A stretch of DNA of 64,000 bases from Tubiluchus corallicola (taxonomy: Eukaryota; Animalia; Priapulida): assembly GCA_030141605.1 (NCBI GenBank), contig JAQGDQ010000356.1, positions 48,346-112,345 on the forward strand, given 5' to 3'. A model generated the notes under the pieces. The model had not been told where the DNA came from and ran no database searches. It was given only the letters and a program-made list of their open reading frames with translations. This document shows, piece after piece, positions 61,301-64,000 of this stretch (positions are counted from its first letter, which is position 1; each line of letters begins with the position of its first letter). Made by a program: the position numbers and the translations under genes.

Positions 61301-63904
61301 TTTCCACCACACCTCAACAAAGCCGTATTCTCACCTGGCTCACACCATACCTTTCCACCACACCTCAACAAAGCCGTATTCTCACCTGGCTCACACCATA
61401 CCTTTCCACCACACCTCAACAAAGCCGTATTCTCACCTGGCTCACACCATACCTTTCCACAACACCTCAACAAAGCCGTATTCTCACCTGGCTCACACCA
61501 TACCTTTCCACCACACCTTAACAAAGCCGTATTCTCACTGGCTCACACCACACCTCAACAAAGCCGTATTCTCACCTGGCTCACACCATACCTTTCCACC
61601 ACACCTCAACAAAGCCGTATTCTCACCTGGCTTGACGCCACGCTGCTCTTTTCTCTGCATCGAGCGCTCGTTGTTCGGCATTTGATAGCCGTCGTTCCAC
61701 CTCCGCGGGTGCCGTATCGCTGGCCGACCGGCTCTGTTGACGACGCTCTGCCTTGGCCGTTCGGACGGGAGTTGTCGTCCCGTGTGCAGCAACGTGTTGA
61801 AGACCGCCCTTGACGAGTCCGCTCATCTCTTGCTCTTCTCGCTGGTCGAGTGGGATGCTCTTGTATTTCAAGAGTTCCTCTTGAGAACACCTGGCGATCT
61901 TTCGTTCCTCTTCGGCTCGCATTCGCTGTATCTCGTCTTGTGAAAGGTAGCTAAATCTTTTTCCTGTGTACAACAAAACAAGGTGTGTCTAGAAGGATGA
62001 AAGGTAGCTAAATCTTCTTCCTGTGTGCAACAAAAGAAGGTGTCTCTAGAAACCTGAAAGGTAGCTAAATCTTCTTCCTGTATACAACAAAACAAGGTGT
62101 GTCTAGAAAGATGAAAGGTAGCTAAATCTTTTTCCTGTGTACAACAAAAGAAGGTGTCTCTAGAAACCTGAAAGGTAGCTAAATCTTTTTCCTGTGTACA
62201 ACAAAACAAGGTGTGTCTAGAAAGATGAAAGGTAGCTAAATCTTTTTCCTGTATACAATAAAACAAGGTGTGTCTAGAAAGATGAAAGGTAGCTAAATCT
62301 TTTTCCTGTGTACAACAAAACAAGGTGTGTCTAGAAACATGAAAGGTAGCTAAATCTTTTTCCTGTGTACAACAAAACAAGGTGTGTCTAGAAAGATGAA
62401 AGGTAGCTAAATCTTTTTCCTGTGTACAATAAAACAAGGTGTGTCTAGAAACATGAAAGGTAGCTAAATCTTTTTCCTGTGTACAACAAAACAAGGTGTG
62501 TCTAGAAAGATGAAAGGTAGCTAAATCTTTTTCCTGTGTACAACAAAAGAAGGTGTCTCTAGAAAGATGAAAGGTAGCTAAATCTTTTTCCTGTGTACAA
62601 TAAAACAAGGTGTGTCTAGAAACATGAAAGGTAGCTAAATCTTTTTCCTGTGTACAACAAAACAAGGTGTGTCTAGAAAGATGAAAGGTAGCTAAATCTT
62701 TTTCCTGTGTACAACAAAAGAAGGTGTCTCTAGAAAGATGAAAGGTAGCTAAATCTTTTTCCTGTGTACAACAAAAGAAGGTGTCTCTAGAAAGATGAAA
62801 GGTAGCTAAATCTTTTTCCTGTGTACAACAAAAGAAGGTGTCTCTAGAAAGATGAAAGGTAGCTAAATCTTTTTCCTGTGTACAACAAAACAAGGTGTGT
62901 CTAGAAAGATGAAAGGTAGCTAAATCTTTTTCCTGTGTACAACAAAACAAGGTGTGTCTAGAAAGATGAAAGGTAGCTAAATCTTTTTCCTGTGTACAAC
63001 AAAAGAAGGTGTCTCTAGAAAGCCTATCTCGAACAACCTCCTAAGTGAGAAATCCCAAACAAAAGGGTGCACCACATTACGATTTTAACAAAGATACTAA
63101 GATTTCTTGTATTACCTTAGTACACAGCATGGCTTAACAAACGTGGTTTAATGTAGATCACAATATTATTATTACTGAATTCTATTAACCATGCTACTCA
63201 GACTACAATAGAGGTGGACCAGTCATTTTACTTTTGATTATTCATAAAAACTGTTATTTAGTATTTGATTAAAGGCTCAATTTGTCATTTTTACAGGTTG
63301 TAATCTTACTAGTGTATTGTCTGAGTTGATGAGTGACTCAATCTTGTTTTCTTACAAACATTGTCTAACTCGTGATGAGTGACTCAATCTTGTTTTCTTA
63401 CAATCATTGTCTAACTCGTGATGAGTGACTCAATCTTGTTTTCTTACAAACGTTGTCTAACTCGTGATGAGTGACTCAATCTTGTTTTCTTACAATCATT
63501 GTCTAACTCGTGATGAGTGACTCAATCTTGTTTTCTTACAAACGTTGTCTAACTCGTGATGAGTGACTCAATCTTGTTTTCTTACAAACATTGTCTAACT
63601 CGTGATGAGTGACTCAATCTTGTTTTCTTACAAACATTGTCTAACTCAAACTATCGCCTAACTTTCCCGCTCCAAGGTGTTATAAGTAGTTTAATATAAA
63701 CCTATGAATGCATGTTTTGAACAGTACCACTTACACGTTGCTTTTTACAAAAGCTGTAAGAAGAAATGAAAAAGATTTATCAAAAAAAACTTCATTACCT
63801 TCAGCCTCCTTTGGCGTTTCATTTGAAGCTTGTTTAATTTCCTCCTCAAAATGTTTCTGTTTCTCTTTGAATGAGAGAAGTTCCGGAGTTTCCGATTCAC
63901 CCGT
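55369..63904 (-). CDS. scrib: Scribble/LAP-family polarity protein, 3' exons; 5' end lies outside the window
   Basis: Minus-strand exons 63799-63904, 61627-61963, 60464-60558, 59454-59506, 59115-59297 (or 59300, NAGNAG), 55369-55440 (TAA), phases consistent. Motifs PELLSFKEKQKHFE, KRFSYLSQDEIQRMRAEEERK, VRTAKAERR, LSNAEQRALDAEKRAAWRQARLKSLENDAIQAQM match the Scribble C-terminus. The last three exons are less conserved. Confidence 0.85.
56460..56842 (-). mobile_element. MITE M1 copy 9 (inverted); an extra fragment lies at ~55470-55541
   Basis: Homology to the M1 family. Confidence 0.85.
57410..57960 (+). repeat. Dispersed repeat, partner at ~60710-61060
   Basis: Shared gcaccaaaaatttagtcaaatgtcaa and tgatcctc.tgaaatggagattcaggat.tgtgaataactagaaaagc. 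Confidence 0.7.
58410..59045. repeat. Compound ~47/76-bp tandem array next to the scrib exon 59115 donor
   Basis: Recurrent catgcactgaggtgcactc.tctgctcggac...gcagcttcttgcaatcg. Confidence 0.88.
59582..60093 (+). mobile_element. MITE M1 copy 10 (internal duplication)
   Basis: Both TIRs present; the ggactttacttacttatgcattagtctgtg segment occurs twice. Confidence 0.82.
61150..61632 (-). repeat. 51-bp tandem array (~10 donor copies) containing the scrib donor
   Basis: Minus-strand gccag|gtgagaatacggctttgttgagg repeated. Confidence 0.93.
61942..63021 (-). repeat. 57-bp tandem array (19 units) containing the scrib acceptor and first 22 exon nt
   Basis: Minus-strand ttttgttgtacacag|gaaaaagatttagctacctttc every 57 bp from 62990 to 61964. 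Confidence 0.95.
63023..63690 (-). mobile_element. Truncated inverted copy of the 32777 MITE with an internal 46-bp tandem array (~7 units, 63329-63650)
   Basis: Reverse-complement homology to ~32790-33230; unit gatgagtgactcaatcttgttttcttacaaacattgtctaactcgt. Confidence 0.7.
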
Positions 63905-64000
63905 CTGCAACACAACCAAATCTCAATGAATATTCCTCAGCTGCAATCAGGGAAAGCTTTTGATTTTGTCGGCCCCTGGGTCACAGATACTATGAGCCCC

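Noticed and set aside
61868-62950. 360-aa Cys-rich repeat ORF (-)
   Set aside because: 57-bp array read in a frame different from the scrib coding frame.

Overview
AT-rich genomic DNA from an intron-rich invertebrate animal, not a prokaryote. I reconstructed three spliced loci by hand from GT-AG boundaries with consistent phases. (1) The last 27 exons of HYDIN (+, 1314-35410). (2) A gustatory-receptor-like (7tm_7/GR) locus in which three alternative N-terminal cassettes (37298-41617, 43739-44890, 46182-47237) all end at a phase-0 donor and appear to share one set of three C-terminal exons carrying the TYxxxxxQF motif (49148-51581). (3) The 3' six exons of a scribble-like gene (-, 55369-63904). 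Introns contain many non-autonomous DNA transposons (one ~390-bp MITE has 10 near-complete copies) and about 20 tandem arrays. The most unusual feature is that six arrays have units that copy a real splice site plus the exon edge, giving 7-18 near-identical decoy donors or acceptors next to the functional one. Several array units also include or abut a transposon terminus. Most ORFs in the supplied track are repeat artefacts. All homology calls are from recognition, not database searches.
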